From Bdellovibrionales bacterium (GTDB lineage Bacteria > Bdellovibrionota > Bdellovibrionia > Bdellovibrionales > UBA1609), in contig OZ241329.1 of assembly GCA_965199825.1 (NCBI GenBank), positions 1,344,001 to 1,408,000 on the forward strand: a stretch of DNA of 64,000 nucleotides. Reading direction: 5' to 3'. A program made the translations under genes and the position numbers. Below are positions 1 through 9,500 of the stretch, in pieces (the first letter of the stretch is position 1; each line of letters opens with the position of its first letter). The notes beneath the pieces were generated by a model. The model searched no databases. It saw nothing but the letters and a program-made list of their open reading frames with translations, and was not told where the DNA came from.

Positions 1-84
1 CGAGTTTATCCACAAATCGCTAGGCTTCTGATTCAAACCCGGCCTGAGTGTTCCGTGACCGAAATCAAACAGGTGCGGGCGTTG

Positions 85-498
85 TTACATCCCGAGCGGG
101 GCTAGTGCGAGCAATAAAAGTCGCATCGTCCACAAAGCGGTTCGCACCCAATTGGCAAAAACAAGCGAGCGAATCAGATGCGGTTCATTGGTTTGGCTCA
201 GCTGATTGTGGTAAGGAACAAGAATAAAAAAGGTGCTGGCCCAAATCAAAATGATTAGGCCAAAATTAATCAGATAAACAAAATTAAGTTGGTACGCGAG
301 CGCGCCAGCGGTCAAAAGTTCTACAACCATCACAGGCAAGACCACATAAGTGATCCGTCGAGTATGAAAATTATGAAATTCTTTAAATTGGTCGAGCGCC
401 ACGAACTCAAATGCCGGGTAGTGCACCAGTTGAATGGTCCAAATCAATCCGACCATGTAGGTGCAACACATCAAGTGGATCATAAATACAGTCGTCAT
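85..498 (-). CDS. conserved hypothetical membrane protein (4 TM)
   Basis: 137 aa ORF with four hydrophobic segments, WTIQLVHYPAF and NWVRTALW motifs; GGAG upstream on the minus strand. Confidence 0.7.
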   Translation of the reverse strand: MTTVFMIHLMCCTYMVGLIWTIQLVHYPAFEFVALDQFKEFHNFHTRRITYVVLPVMVVELLTAGALAYQLNFVYLINFGLIILIWASTFFILVPYHNQLSQTNEPHLIRSLVFANWVRTALWTMRLLLLALAPLGM

Positions 499-526
499 AG
501 GTTCTCCGGTGTTATAACTTTAAGCA

Positions 527-874
527 ATGAAAACAAAAATCTTTGTCGATGGAAACTGCATTGTTTGTGATTTCGAAATTTCTCATTACAAGCGCAAAGC
601 GCCTGATTTTTTTGAAATCGTAGATATTTCAGATGCGGCATTTGACGCCAAAAAGTTTGGACTGACTGCAGAGGCCGTAAATAAAAATATGCACGTGCAA
701 ACTCCAACTGGCGAAATGAAAATTGGGGTAGATGCTTTCGCATTTATCTGGAGTTGTTTACCCCAATACCGCATTGCCAGTAAAATCATCATGCTGCCGG
801 TGATCCACAGTTTAGCCAAAGTGGGCTACGCCATTTTCGCAGCGATCCGACCCTGGCTGCCCAAGAAAACTTAA
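527..874 (+). CDS. DUF393 / DCC1-like thiol-disulfide oxidoreductase family protein
   Basis: N-terminal DGNCIVC (DxxCxxC) motif, MHV...G.DAF..IW and Y..FA..R C-terminal pattern. Confidence 0.85.
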   Translation: MKTKIFVDGNCIVCDFEISHYKRKAPDFFEIVDISDAAFDAKKFGLTAEAVNKNMHVQTPTGEMKIGVDAFAFIWSCLPQYRIASKIIMLPVIHSLAKVGYAIFAAIRPWLPKKT

Positions 875-1692
875 TGTGTTCGATGGTGGGCACGATGATG
901 TCCCGAACAAAAAAGCGTAAGGTTGTCTTCGCTATCGCTGCCCCCTCTAGATTTGGGAATGACATGATGAATATCAAGATGGCGGCGAACAGGACAACGC
1001 TCCCCATTTTGGTTGATATGTGTGCATTGGCTGTTGTGTTTATGATGAATTTTTCTTTTTAAAGTGAGAGTCAATTTTGTCGTGCCCTCTGGTTTTTCTC
1101 GGACGGGTTTTTTAAGTGGATCCAATTTTCGATTGAGCTCTTGAATGGCGGCAACTTGTGTCTCGCCAATACTTGCTGAGCGTTTTAATTTTTGGCTCAA
1201 CAGATCTCTGGTTCTTTCAAACACCGCATATTCTTCTTGAGTAACCGAAAACGAAATCGAGACTCTAAGAGCTTCGCCTGCTCTCTGATATCGTACCCGG
1301 TCAGGAATTGCTTTCTCAGGTTGAACCTTGGCGATTTCTTTTTCAAGATTGCGTTTGGTTCCCTTGGCAAGATCCATCCAGTGCTGAACATTTTCTTTGT
1401 TGATGACCGCGGTAATCCGATTGACTTTTGACAATGAAAGTTCACCGCTTTGCATTCCCAATTTGAGTTCGGGTAGTTCTGTGAATTTCTTGGCAATTTT
1501 ATTTACGATGCTTGCCATCTCTTCTGATAGTTTGAGGTGTTGGATTGAATATTCGAACAACGAACCACAGCCAAATTCATAATAAGTTTTATTTTTCCAA
1601 ACAATTTCCAAGGCGTTGAGTAATTCCATTTCGGATTTGCGATGAGCGTCAGCCGCCTTCACCGCACTCGCATGAATTTTTAAATGATCCAT
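871..1692 (-). CDS. HNH endonuclease with N-terminal helical (DUF222-like) region
   Basis: C-terminal C..C / LDIHHVIPKSRGGSDSEDNLTLFCSGHH HNH signature; N-terminal YEFGCGSLFEY motif; AGGAG RBS upstream of ATG. Confidence 0.9.
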   Translation of the reverse strand: MDHLKIHASAVKAADAHRKSEMELLNALEIVWKNKTYYEFGCGSLFEYSIQHLKLSEEMASIVNKIAKKFTELPELKLGMQSGELSLSKVNRITAVINKENVQHWMDLAKGTKRNLEKEIAKVQPEKAIPDRVRYQRAGEALRVSISFSVTQEEYAVFERTRDLLSQKLKRSASIGETQVAAIQELNRKLDPLKKPVREKPEGTTKLTLTLKRKIHHKHNSQCTHINQNGERCPVRRHLDIHHVIPKSRGGSDSEDNLTLFCSGHHRAHHRTH

Positions 1693-1919
1693 AAATATCT
1701 CCTATTTACAGCAGTGTATCATGGGTTTTGTGAGATGCATTTTTGAACTTGGCAGAGTCAACCCTACATCACTTGTTTATGGCGAGTTTGTTGGCCAGCA
1801 GCGTGTTTCCTGTCAGTACCGCAAAAGTAAAAATCTTTTTTCCTTTTTTAAGGCGGCTGTGGCCAAAGAATTGCTAAAAAAACGAGTCAACTAAAAACAT
1901 ATTTTAATTTATCGAAACT

Positions 1920-2227
1920 GGGCACGATACAAATTTTTCGAGACCGAGTGGGCACGACAGCAGGCCCCTTTTTCTAAACCAAACTGGGCACGACCTCAAC
2001 CAAGCGGGCACGACAGCCCTCAAAATAATCGGCACGAGCATACGCACGACACAATAATTTTTAAAGATCGAGCGGGCACGAGACAAGGCTCTTTGTTCCA
2101 AACCAACCGGCACGACACCAAAACAATACGGGCACGACAACCCACAAAACCCAGCGCACGAGAGAAGAATTTCTGCCAACCCAAAGCGGGCACGACACAA
2201 CAGTCTGCCCAAACAAAGCGGGCACGA
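1920..2227 (+). repeat. array of 12 co-oriented (GG)GCACGA(C) motifs with variable A/C-rich spacers
   Basis: GCACGA starts at 1922,1952,1988,2008,2032,2044,2076,2110,2132,2156,2190,2222; intergenic, upstream of the HNH gene. Confidence 0.9.
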
Positions 2228-2321
2228 TCTACCTTCGTTCATAGCCATCACCGACCAAAAACCACCCAACATACCAACTCAAACCTATCCCAAACCCTCA
2301 ATCCATGCTACAACCTCAACC

Positions 2322-2627
2322 ATGAGTATTGCCAACACCTTCAAGTCCAAAATTGACGAACTTTCTCTCGACGACAAAGATAGACTTGTTCGAATGGGAT
2401 GGGAAGATCGCACAACCTTTGATGCGATAGAAAAACAATTTGGGTTTACACCGAATGATTTTGTGCGCTTTATGCGCACTCAACTTGACCCTAAGGCCTA
2501 TGATCGCTGGCGCAGACGAGCCAATGAGCAAGGACATCTGAAACATGAAAAAACTCGTGGATTTAAAACCACCAGATTCAAATGTTCTCGCCAATCGGTT
2601 GATGGAGTAACAAAGGGTTGGAAGTAA
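2322..2627 (+). CDS. TIGR03643 (DUF2805) family protein
   Basis: RLVRMGWEDRTTFDAIEKQFG...MR...WRRR signature. Confidence 0.85.
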   Translation: MSIANTFKSKIDELSLDDKDRLVRMGWEDRTTFDAIEKQFGFTPNDFVRFMRTQLDPKAYDRWRRRANEQGHLKHEKTRGFKTTRFKCSRQSVDGVTKGWK

Positions 2628-3199
2628 AATCTTTGCTGCCCAAAGACGGCGAAGCTTTGTATTACCCCCACTTTTTTTCGCCCGAAGAAAGTCAAAATTT
2701 CTATCAAATTTTAATGTCCGAAATCTTGTGGAAACAAGAACCCATCAAGATTTTTGGCAAACTCATCATGCAGCCGCGCCTCACCGCATGGTACGGCGAT
2801 CCGACAAAAACTTATCGCTACTCCGGGATCGAGATGACGCCACAACCTTGGACGTCCACCTTAGAAATAATCAAATCCAAAATCGAAAAAGTCAGCGCAG
2901 TCAATTTCACCAGTGTTCTCTTAAATCAGTATCGCAACCAGACCGACAGTATGGGATGGCATCGCGACAACGAAAAAGAACTTGGGAAAAATCCGACAAT
3001 TGGCTCGGTCAGTTTTGGTGCGCCAAGAACTTTTAGATTTCGTCACTATCATGATCATAAAATCAAAACCGAAATCGAGCTCGAAAACGGAAGTTTTTTG
3101 CTGATGCGCGGAGCTTCACAAAATCTTTGGGAGCACTCGGTGCCTAAACGTTCTAAAGTTTTAGACACAAGAATTAATCTGACATTTCGAAAACTCTAG
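2618..3199 (+). CDS. alkB: AlkB-like 2OG-Fe(II) dioxygenase
   Basis: PRLTAWYG, LLNQYR...MGWHRD, WEHSVPK, RINLTFR motifs. Confidence 0.9.
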   Translation: MEVKSLLPKDGEALYYPHFFSPEESQNFYQILMSEILWKQEPIKIFGKLIMQPRLTAWYGDPTKTYRYSGIEMTPQPWTSTLEIIKSKIEKVSAVNFTSVLLNQYRNQTDSMGWHRDNEKELGKNPTIGSVSFGAPRTFRFRHYHDHKIKTEIELENGSFLLMRGASQNLWEHSVPKRSKVLDTRINLTFRKL

Positions 3200-3208
3200 G
3201 GGGAAATC

Positions 3209-3904
3209 ATGACGGTCACACTGATCACTGGGGCGAATAAAGGCTTAGGCTATGAAACGGCTCGGCGCTTAATTGCCAAAGGACAAAAGGTTTATATCGG
3301 CGCACGCGACCAAGAACGTGGAACAAAAGCGGCCAAAGATTTGGGTGCTCAATTTATTCAGATCGATGTCTGCAATGACGAGTCGGTAAAAAAAGCGGCA
3401 CAACAAATCGAAAAGCTTGAAGGCCATTTGGATGTGTTGATCAACAACGCAGGGGTTGCGGGCGGCTTTATGAAAGCCGAAGAGGTCTCTGCCGAAGTGA
3501 TGATCAAAACTTTTGACACCAATGTTTTTGGAATCGTTCGCACCACTCAAGCTTTTTTAAACTTACTTCGTAAGTCTAAGTCTCCAGTCATTGTGAATGT
3601 GAGCAGTGGACTTGGATCCTTTGGAGTCGCATTTGATAAATCGCTTTATGAATCGAGCATCATCAATGTGCACTACAACTCATCAAAAGCCGCTGTGAAT
3701 ATGTTGACTGTGCAATACTCAAAAGCATTTCCTGATATTCGAATCAATGCGGTTGATCCTGGCTATACCGCAACCGATCTCAATAATCACGGCGGACCCC
3801 AAACCGTGAGCGAAGGTACCGATGCAATAGTCCAGATGGCGTTAATCGGTAACGATGGCCCCACCGGGACGTATATTAATCGACATGGTGCGCTTCCGTG
3901 GTAA
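3209..3904 (+). CDS. short-chain dehydrogenase/reductase
   Basis: TGANKGLG, NNAG, YNSSK motifs. Confidence 0.93.
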   Translation: MTVTLITGANKGLGYETARRLIAKGQKVYIGARDQERGTKAAKDLGAQFIQIDVCNDESVKKAAQQIEKLEGHLDVLINNAGVAGGFMKAEEVSAEVMIKTFDTNVFGIVRTTQAFLNLLRKSKSPVIVNVSSGLGSFGVAFDKSLYESSIINVHYNSSKAAVNMLTVQYSKAFPDIRINAVDPGYTATDLNNHGGPQTVSEGTDAIVQMALIGNDGPTGTYINRHGALPW

Positions 3905-4496
3905 AGCGAAGTTGGGCGATCAATCCGGCTCGCCCCTCTTGAGTGGCACGCAATTTTGCTTCAAAAAGATCGAGTAAGATTTTTTTTATTGCGTCGCCCT
4001 CGATTGCGCCAAGAGCATGGGCAATCGCCTCGAGGGTGGAGAGTCCATTTTCAAAATGTTCTTTACGCAAAGGATTTTTTATTTGTGGAGCTCTGACTTT
4101 GATGTGTCTGACATCTTTGAGCTCGGGCAGACGATAAAACGCCTTGCTCGCTTGACGCCAATTTCCATCACTCACAATCAGTTGCACTGGCTTTTCAAAC
4201 TTTAAGGATGCGATGTCGGTTGCGGTGTCTGAAGGATAAAGAATCAAAGGCTCATAGCCCTCTGCAAGCACAGACCCCATCGGGGAATTTTGTAAACCCC
4301 GAATATGCATCGTTGAATTTTTGAGGGCATGCACCGCGAGTTGGCCGGTGTTGGTGGTGCGCTTCATTTCTTTATGATGAATAATCAAGGTGAGGCGAGT
4401 TTTTAAACTCAATTGAGGAATTTGACTGCAGATGCAGCGCAAAGAATGCATCAAACATTTCGGGCATGGATCTTTAGTTTTTCTTTTTCTATCCAT
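3876..4496 (-). CDS. DTW-domain tRNA-uridine aminocarboxypropyltransferase (TapT-like)
   Basis: CPKC...CIC Zn motif, HHKE...TNTG, LYPS, DGNW (DxTW variant), LSTLEA; start moved to MDRKRK, which overlaps the truC stop. Confidence 0.85.
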   Translation of the reverse strand: MDRKRKTKDPCPKCLMHSLRCICSQIPQLSLKTRLTLIIHHKEMKRTTNTGQLAVHALKNSTMHIRGLQNSPMGSVLAEGYEPLILYPSDTATDIASLKFEKPVQLIVSDGNWRQASKAFYRLPELKDVRHIKVRAPQIKNPLRKEHFENGLSTLEAIAHALGAIEGDAIKKILLDLFEAKLRATQEGRAGLIAQLRFTTEAHHVD

Positions 4497-5214
4497 TATA
4501 ACCAAGCCCATTCATCACCAATTTTAAATCTTCTGCGAGGGGCGCCTTGATCAACACTGGCGCTCGAGTAATAGGATGGTTAAATCCAATCTCGGTGCAG
4601 GCGAGCAGCAGGCGCTGAACCCCAAAGGTTTTTAAAAAAAAGCGATTGTGTTTTCCGCTGCCATAGTTGACATCGCCAATGATCGGATGGCCCAGATGCC
4701 TCAGGTGTCGGCGGATCTGATGTTTTCTTCCTGTTTTTGGAATCGCTTCAACAACCGAGTAGCGCGAAGTGGGATATCTATCGACCATCTCTTGAAATTC
4801 AAAACTGCAAAGAGTTTTGAAATCAGTTTCTGCTTGTTGGGCCTCTTTGTTTTTTAGGGCGCGCTTGTCAGAGAGTTTGTCTAATTCTTCTTTTAAGGGG
4901 TGAGAGATTGTCCCGCTCAAAGGAGGTATTCCGCGCACAACGCATAAATATTTTTTGGTTATTCGAGAGGCAGCAAAATCTTCTGACAGTGTGCGGGCCA
5001 CAGCGGACGATAACCCAAACACCAATGCTCCAGACGTTGGTCGGTCCAGGCGATGGACAGGATAAACGTGTTGTCCAATCTGATCGCGCAGCATTTGCAC
5101 AGCGAATTCGGTGGCGTGATGATCGATGGCACTGCGGTGAACCAAGAGCCCAGAGAATTTATTCACAACCACCAAATGAGAATCTTGAAACAGAATCGGC
5201 AACATTTTCGGCAT
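4489..5214 (-). CDS. truC: tRNA pseudouridine(65) synthase TruC (RluA family)
   Basis: GLLVHRS, HRLDRPTSG, RYPTSRYS, TGRKHQIRRH, HPIIGD motifs. Confidence 0.9.
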   Translation of the reverse strand: MPKMLPILFQDSHLVVVNKFSGLLVHRSAIDHHATEFAVQMLRDQIGQHVYPVHRLDRPTSGALVFGLSSAVARTLSEDFAASRITKKYLCVVRGIPPLSGTISHPLKEELDKLSDKRALKNKEAQQAETDFKTLCSFEFQEMVDRYPTSRYSVVEAIPKTGRKHQIRRHLRHLGHPIIGDVNYGSGKHNRFFLKTFGVQRLLLACTEIGFNHPITRAPVLIKAPLAEDLKLVMNGLGYNG

Positions 5215-5316
5215 TGTTTTTCATTCTTTATTAGAGGTCAAACCTCAAGCCGAAGATTTTCATTTAAGTCGCAAAATTCATCTGAAGGTTGAAAGTTTTT
5301 TTAAATCTCGCTCAAA

Positions 5317-5328
5317 TAGTTGCAACTA
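5317..5328. promoter_or_regulatory. perfect 12-bp palindrome TAGTTGCAACTA abutting the RBS of the efflux operon (candidate operator)
   Basis: perfect inverted repeat directly followed by AGGAG and ATG at 5342. Confidence 0.45.
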
Positions 5329-5341
5329 AGGAGCGGCATCT

Positions 5342-6562
5342 ATGATTTTTATTTGGTCTTTACTTGTTTTGTTTTCTTGGGCAAGCGAGTGCGAAAATTG
5401 TTTTAATGTGGAAGATCTGATCAAGCTCTCGCTTGAAAAATCACAGGAAATTCAGGCAAGCGATGCCGCAACAGAATCATTAAAGTATCGCGCCAAAAAT
5501 GCGGGGCTTTGGGAAAATCCAAAGCTTTTTTACGGTCAAGGGGAACGCTCAGAAGTGCAGCAAAGCAAAAGTCGGGTGGCTGAGTTTGGTGTGGAACAAA
5601 ATATTCCTCTTTGGGGTCAAAAATCTGCGGCCCGCCGAGCAGCAGAGGGTGAATTCAAAGCTTCGGTCTACAAAAAACTCAATACCAAACAAAAAGTTGT
5701 TTATGAGGTCTCGCGGCTTTCGTTCGAGGCTGCAAGCCTAATTGAAGAGCGCGAATATATGAGTGAGCGCCGAAAGCGCTTGCAGCTGATACGGCAATAT
5801 CTCAAAAGCCGAACATTTAAAGCACCAAGTAAAATCACCGAAGCTCTTTTACTTCGTAACCGCTTGACCATTATCGAAACCGAGTACGAACATGTCGAAC
5901 TCAATCTTAAAGAGACCTTAGAGCACCTCAATATCTTTACAAAGCTCCCGACACCTCCACAGCCTAAGGTGGAATGGCTTGAATCTCTTCCACCCCCTCC
6001 GGATGCTGCAACTTTTTTTTCCAAAGCCACAACCAATCTTCAGGTGCAAAGTTTAAAGAGCACGATCGATGCGGCTCAAGGTGAATTGTCGGTGGCTAAA
6101 AAAAGTCAGCTGCCCGAAATCAATTTAGGTTTTTCTGGATTTAAAGAATCTGCGGGTGCCGAAGAAAATTACAACAAGATAACCCTTGGCCTCACCATTC
6201 CGATTGGTGGACTTATTGGTGACAATATTCAAAGTGCCAAATCAAGAATCAACGAGAGCGAAGCACTTTACCGTTTGGCCCAAGACGAATCGAAGGCTGA
6301 GATTGCAAAAGCTCTTTTAAGAATCGATGAGGCGCGCAAACGGATGGAGCGCTTTCCACTTTCGATCCGCAAAGAATTAGAACAAGAACTCTCGCAAACA
6401 GAAGTCGAATATAAACGGGGACTAATTGAAACCTTGTTGTTTATCGAGCTTGAAAATCAAACTCATGAACAAATAAAAAATATTTATTCTGCTCAAAATG
6501 ATTTTATGCGTGAGATGTCTTATCTCACATTTATCACAAAGGATGGTCAACATGTTGAATAA
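5342..6562 (+). CDS. TolC/CzcC-family outer membrane efflux protein
   Basis: signal peptide, ENP..., EQNIPLWGQKSA and GLTIPI repeats, helical content; overlaps the start of the RND gene. Confidence 0.85.
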   Translation: MIFIWSLLVLFSWASECENCFNVEDLIKLSLEKSQEIQASDAATESLKYRAKNAGLWENPKLFYGQGERSEVQQSKSRVAEFGVEQNIPLWGQKSAARRAAEGEFKASVYKKLNTKQKVVYEVSRLSFEAASLIEEREYMSERRKRLQLIRQYLKSRTFKAPSKITEALLLRNRLTIIETEYEHVELNLKETLEHLNIFTKLPTPPQPKVEWLESLPPPPDAATFFSKATTNLQVQSLKSTIDAAQGELSVAKKSQLPEINLGFSGFKESAGAEENYNKITLGLTIPIGGLIGDNIQSAKSRINESEALYRLAQDESKAEIAKALLRIDEARKRMERFPLSIRKELEQELSQTEVEYKRGLIETLLFIELENQTHEQIKNIYSAQNDFMREMSYLTFITKDGQHVE

Positions 6563-9500
6563 AATTATTGCTCTGGCAATGAAGCAGCAGTTTTTTGTTG
6601 GGATCTTTGTTTGTATCGCCATCGCAGTGGGCATCTTGACGTTGAGAAAACTTCCGGTGGATGCGGTGCCCGATATCACAAATACCCAAGTGATGGTTAT
6701 CGCAAAAACAAATGCGCTTGATCCTGAAAAAATTGAATCTCAAGTCACTTATAAAATCGAAGTCGAGATGGCGGGAATTCCTGAGATCGAAGAGATTCGG
6801 TCAATTACCAAGTATGGACTCTCACAAGTTTCGGTGATCTTTAAAGAGGGTGTTGATCTCGCATGGGCGCGCCAACAGGTGCTCGAAAAAATGCTCAATC
6901 TAGGGGGCCAACTTCCTGACGGTATCAATGCCGAACTTGTGCCGCCACTCACCGGTCTTGGCGAAATTTTATTTTATACCCTCGAGTTGAAATCTGATGC
7001 GAAGCCGATGATCGAATACGAAAAGCTAAAATATCTGCGCACAGTTCAAGATTATCATATTCGGCCGGAGCTCAGAAAAGTTTCGGGCGTGGCCGAGGTT
7101 GATACCATTGGTGGATTTAAACGCGAGCTTCATATCAATTATTTTCCCAATCGCTTAAAGAGCTATGGCCTTTCGGTCGAAAAATTGGTCGAAAAAATAA
7201 ATAATCTTGGCGAAAATTTTGGCGGTGGCTACATCCAGCACGACGGAAATCAAATTATTGTGCGCGCCACAACTCAGTTTAAACATTTTGATGATATCGA
7301 AAAAATTCCGCTCGCGCTCAATTACGGCGGCAAAAAAATTCATCTCGGCGATGTGGCAGATGTTCGTGTGGATCACGCTCTGCGCTTAGGATCGGCAACT
7401 CAAAACGGCAACGAGACAGTACTCGGTGTGGTGTTGATGCGAGCGGGCTCAAATAGCGAAAGAGTTTCGGCTGCGGCCTATGGGCGGCTAAAAGAATTGT
7501 CGCTCCCTGATAATGTCGAACTCAAGGTTCATTACAACCGAAGTCAATTGGTGGATGCCACAATTTCAACCGTGCTCAAAAATTTGGTTGAAGGTGCGGT
7601 GTTCGTGATTGTTGTTCTTTTATTGCTGCTCGGAAATTGGCGCGCTTCGATCATTGTTACAGCAGCCATTCCGGTTTCGATGCTGGCTGCCACAACAGGA
7701 ATGTATTGGCTCGGGATCAGCGCAAATTTGATGTCGCTCGGTGCAATCGATTTTGGATTGCTGGTGGATGGTTCTGTGGTGGTGATCGAAAATATTTTAC
7801 GGCGATTTGGTCAAATCGATTCGCACAAGATGACCAAAACCCAAAAGCTCGAATTGATTTTGGATGCCACAAAAGAAGTGGCAAAGCCGGTCGCGATGGG
7901 CCTCTTCATTATTATGGTTGTGTATGTGCCCATCTTGATGCTCGAGGGCACCGAAGGCAAAATGTTTAAGCCCATGGCTAAAACAGTTTTGTTAGCTCTA
8001 GGCTCATCTTTGTTTATTGCACTGCTTGTGATGCCGGCTTTGAGCTATATTATTGTGGCAAAATCAGAACATCACAAAGATCCATTTATTTTTCGGATCG
8101 CCCAAAAAGGTTATCAGGCTTTATTTCCATGGGCGTTTAAAAATCGAAAAGTAATTTTGGGACTTGCCGTGCCCCCTCTGATATTTGCGGCGATCGCTTT
8201 TTCACGCATGGGTGCCGATTTTATTCCGCAGCTGGATGAAGGCGATATGGTGATCGGCTTTACTCGCGACGCTAAATTAGGAATTGATGAATCTACAAAA
8301 TGGCAAAAACAAATCGAAACAATCATTCGAACTTTTCCTGAAGTCGAAAATGTTTTTTCGCGCATGGGAACGCCCGAATCAGCCTCAGATCCGATGGGTG
8401 TGAATTCCTCAGACACATTTATTATTTTAAAGAAAAATAAAAAAACATGGCCTTTGATCGATGGACATCGCCGCCAAAAATATGAACTCTTTGAAGCCAT
8501 CACCAAAGAGGTCAAAGAAAAACTACCGATCTCTCAGGCCGCACTCATGACCCAACCGATCGAGATGCGCTTTAACGAAATTCTCGAGGGCAGTCGGGCC
8601 GATGTGACCTTAAAAATTTACGGTCCTGATCTAGATCAATTGTTAAAATATATTGAGCAAGCCCAAAAGCTGATTGCACCAATCAAAGGTGTGGGCGAGG
8701 TGCTCAATGATCCCGCTACTGCTCTGACCAAAACTCCACTGCTCGATATCTCACTCGATTATCCAAAATTGGCCGAGCTCGATTTGCCATTATCAAATGT
8801 GCAGTCGGCGATGGCTTCAAGTATGAGTGGCCACACCGTGGGCTCTTATTTTTTAGATCATGTGCGGGTCCCAGTTCGAGTGATTATTGATGAGAGCTTG
8901 CGAGACAAGGTGGAGCATATCGCAAAAATTCCTGTCGGACTTGCCGAAGGCGGCACAGTGCCGCTAGATTTAGTGGCCGACCTCAATATGAAAGAGCAGG
9001 TCACAACCATCGCGCGCAATGATGGCAAAAGATTTTCGGCTTTGTCGATTTTTTTGCGAGACCGTGATGTGGATTCCTTTGTGAAAGAGGCCCAACAGGT
9101 GATTAAAAATCAATTGCATGTTGAATCTGGCTATGAACTTTATTGGGGCGGACAATTTCGTAACCTAGAAAAAGCCCGCAACCGACTAATGATCGTCGTG
9201 CCACTGACACTCCTTGCGATCTTTTTATTGATTCTCAAAAACTTTGGTTCTCTCAAGCAAGCGGTCTTAGTTTATAGCGCTATTCCCTTTGCCTGCACCG
9301 GTGGAATCTTTGCCCTTTATTTTAGAGGGATCAATATGAGTGTGTCTGCAGCGGTTGGATTTATCGCGCTCTCAGGAATTGTAATTTTGGATTCGATGGT
9401 GATGGTCAGCTTTTTTAATGACCTCATCAAAGCAGGGAAAAGTGTTCGCGATGCGGTGTTCGAAGGTACAAACTTAAGACTTCGCCCTGTGCTGATGACC

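Noticed and set aside
6..14. Perfect DnaA box TTATCCACA
   Set aside because: A single copy at the window edge, with no cluster or origin-associated genes; expected by chance.
871..1692. IscB/Cas9-like RNA-guided nuclease
   Set aside because: No PLMP or RuvC motifs; the HNH domain is C-terminal and the protein is only 273 aa.
1920..2227. Canonical CRISPR array
   Set aside because: The repeat core is only 6-9 bp, spacing is irregular (12-36 bp), and no cas genes lie in the window.
1904..2356. ORFs 1904-2272 (-) and 2093-2356 (+)
   Set aside because: They overlie the motif array, have biased composition, and show no RBS or recognisable motifs.
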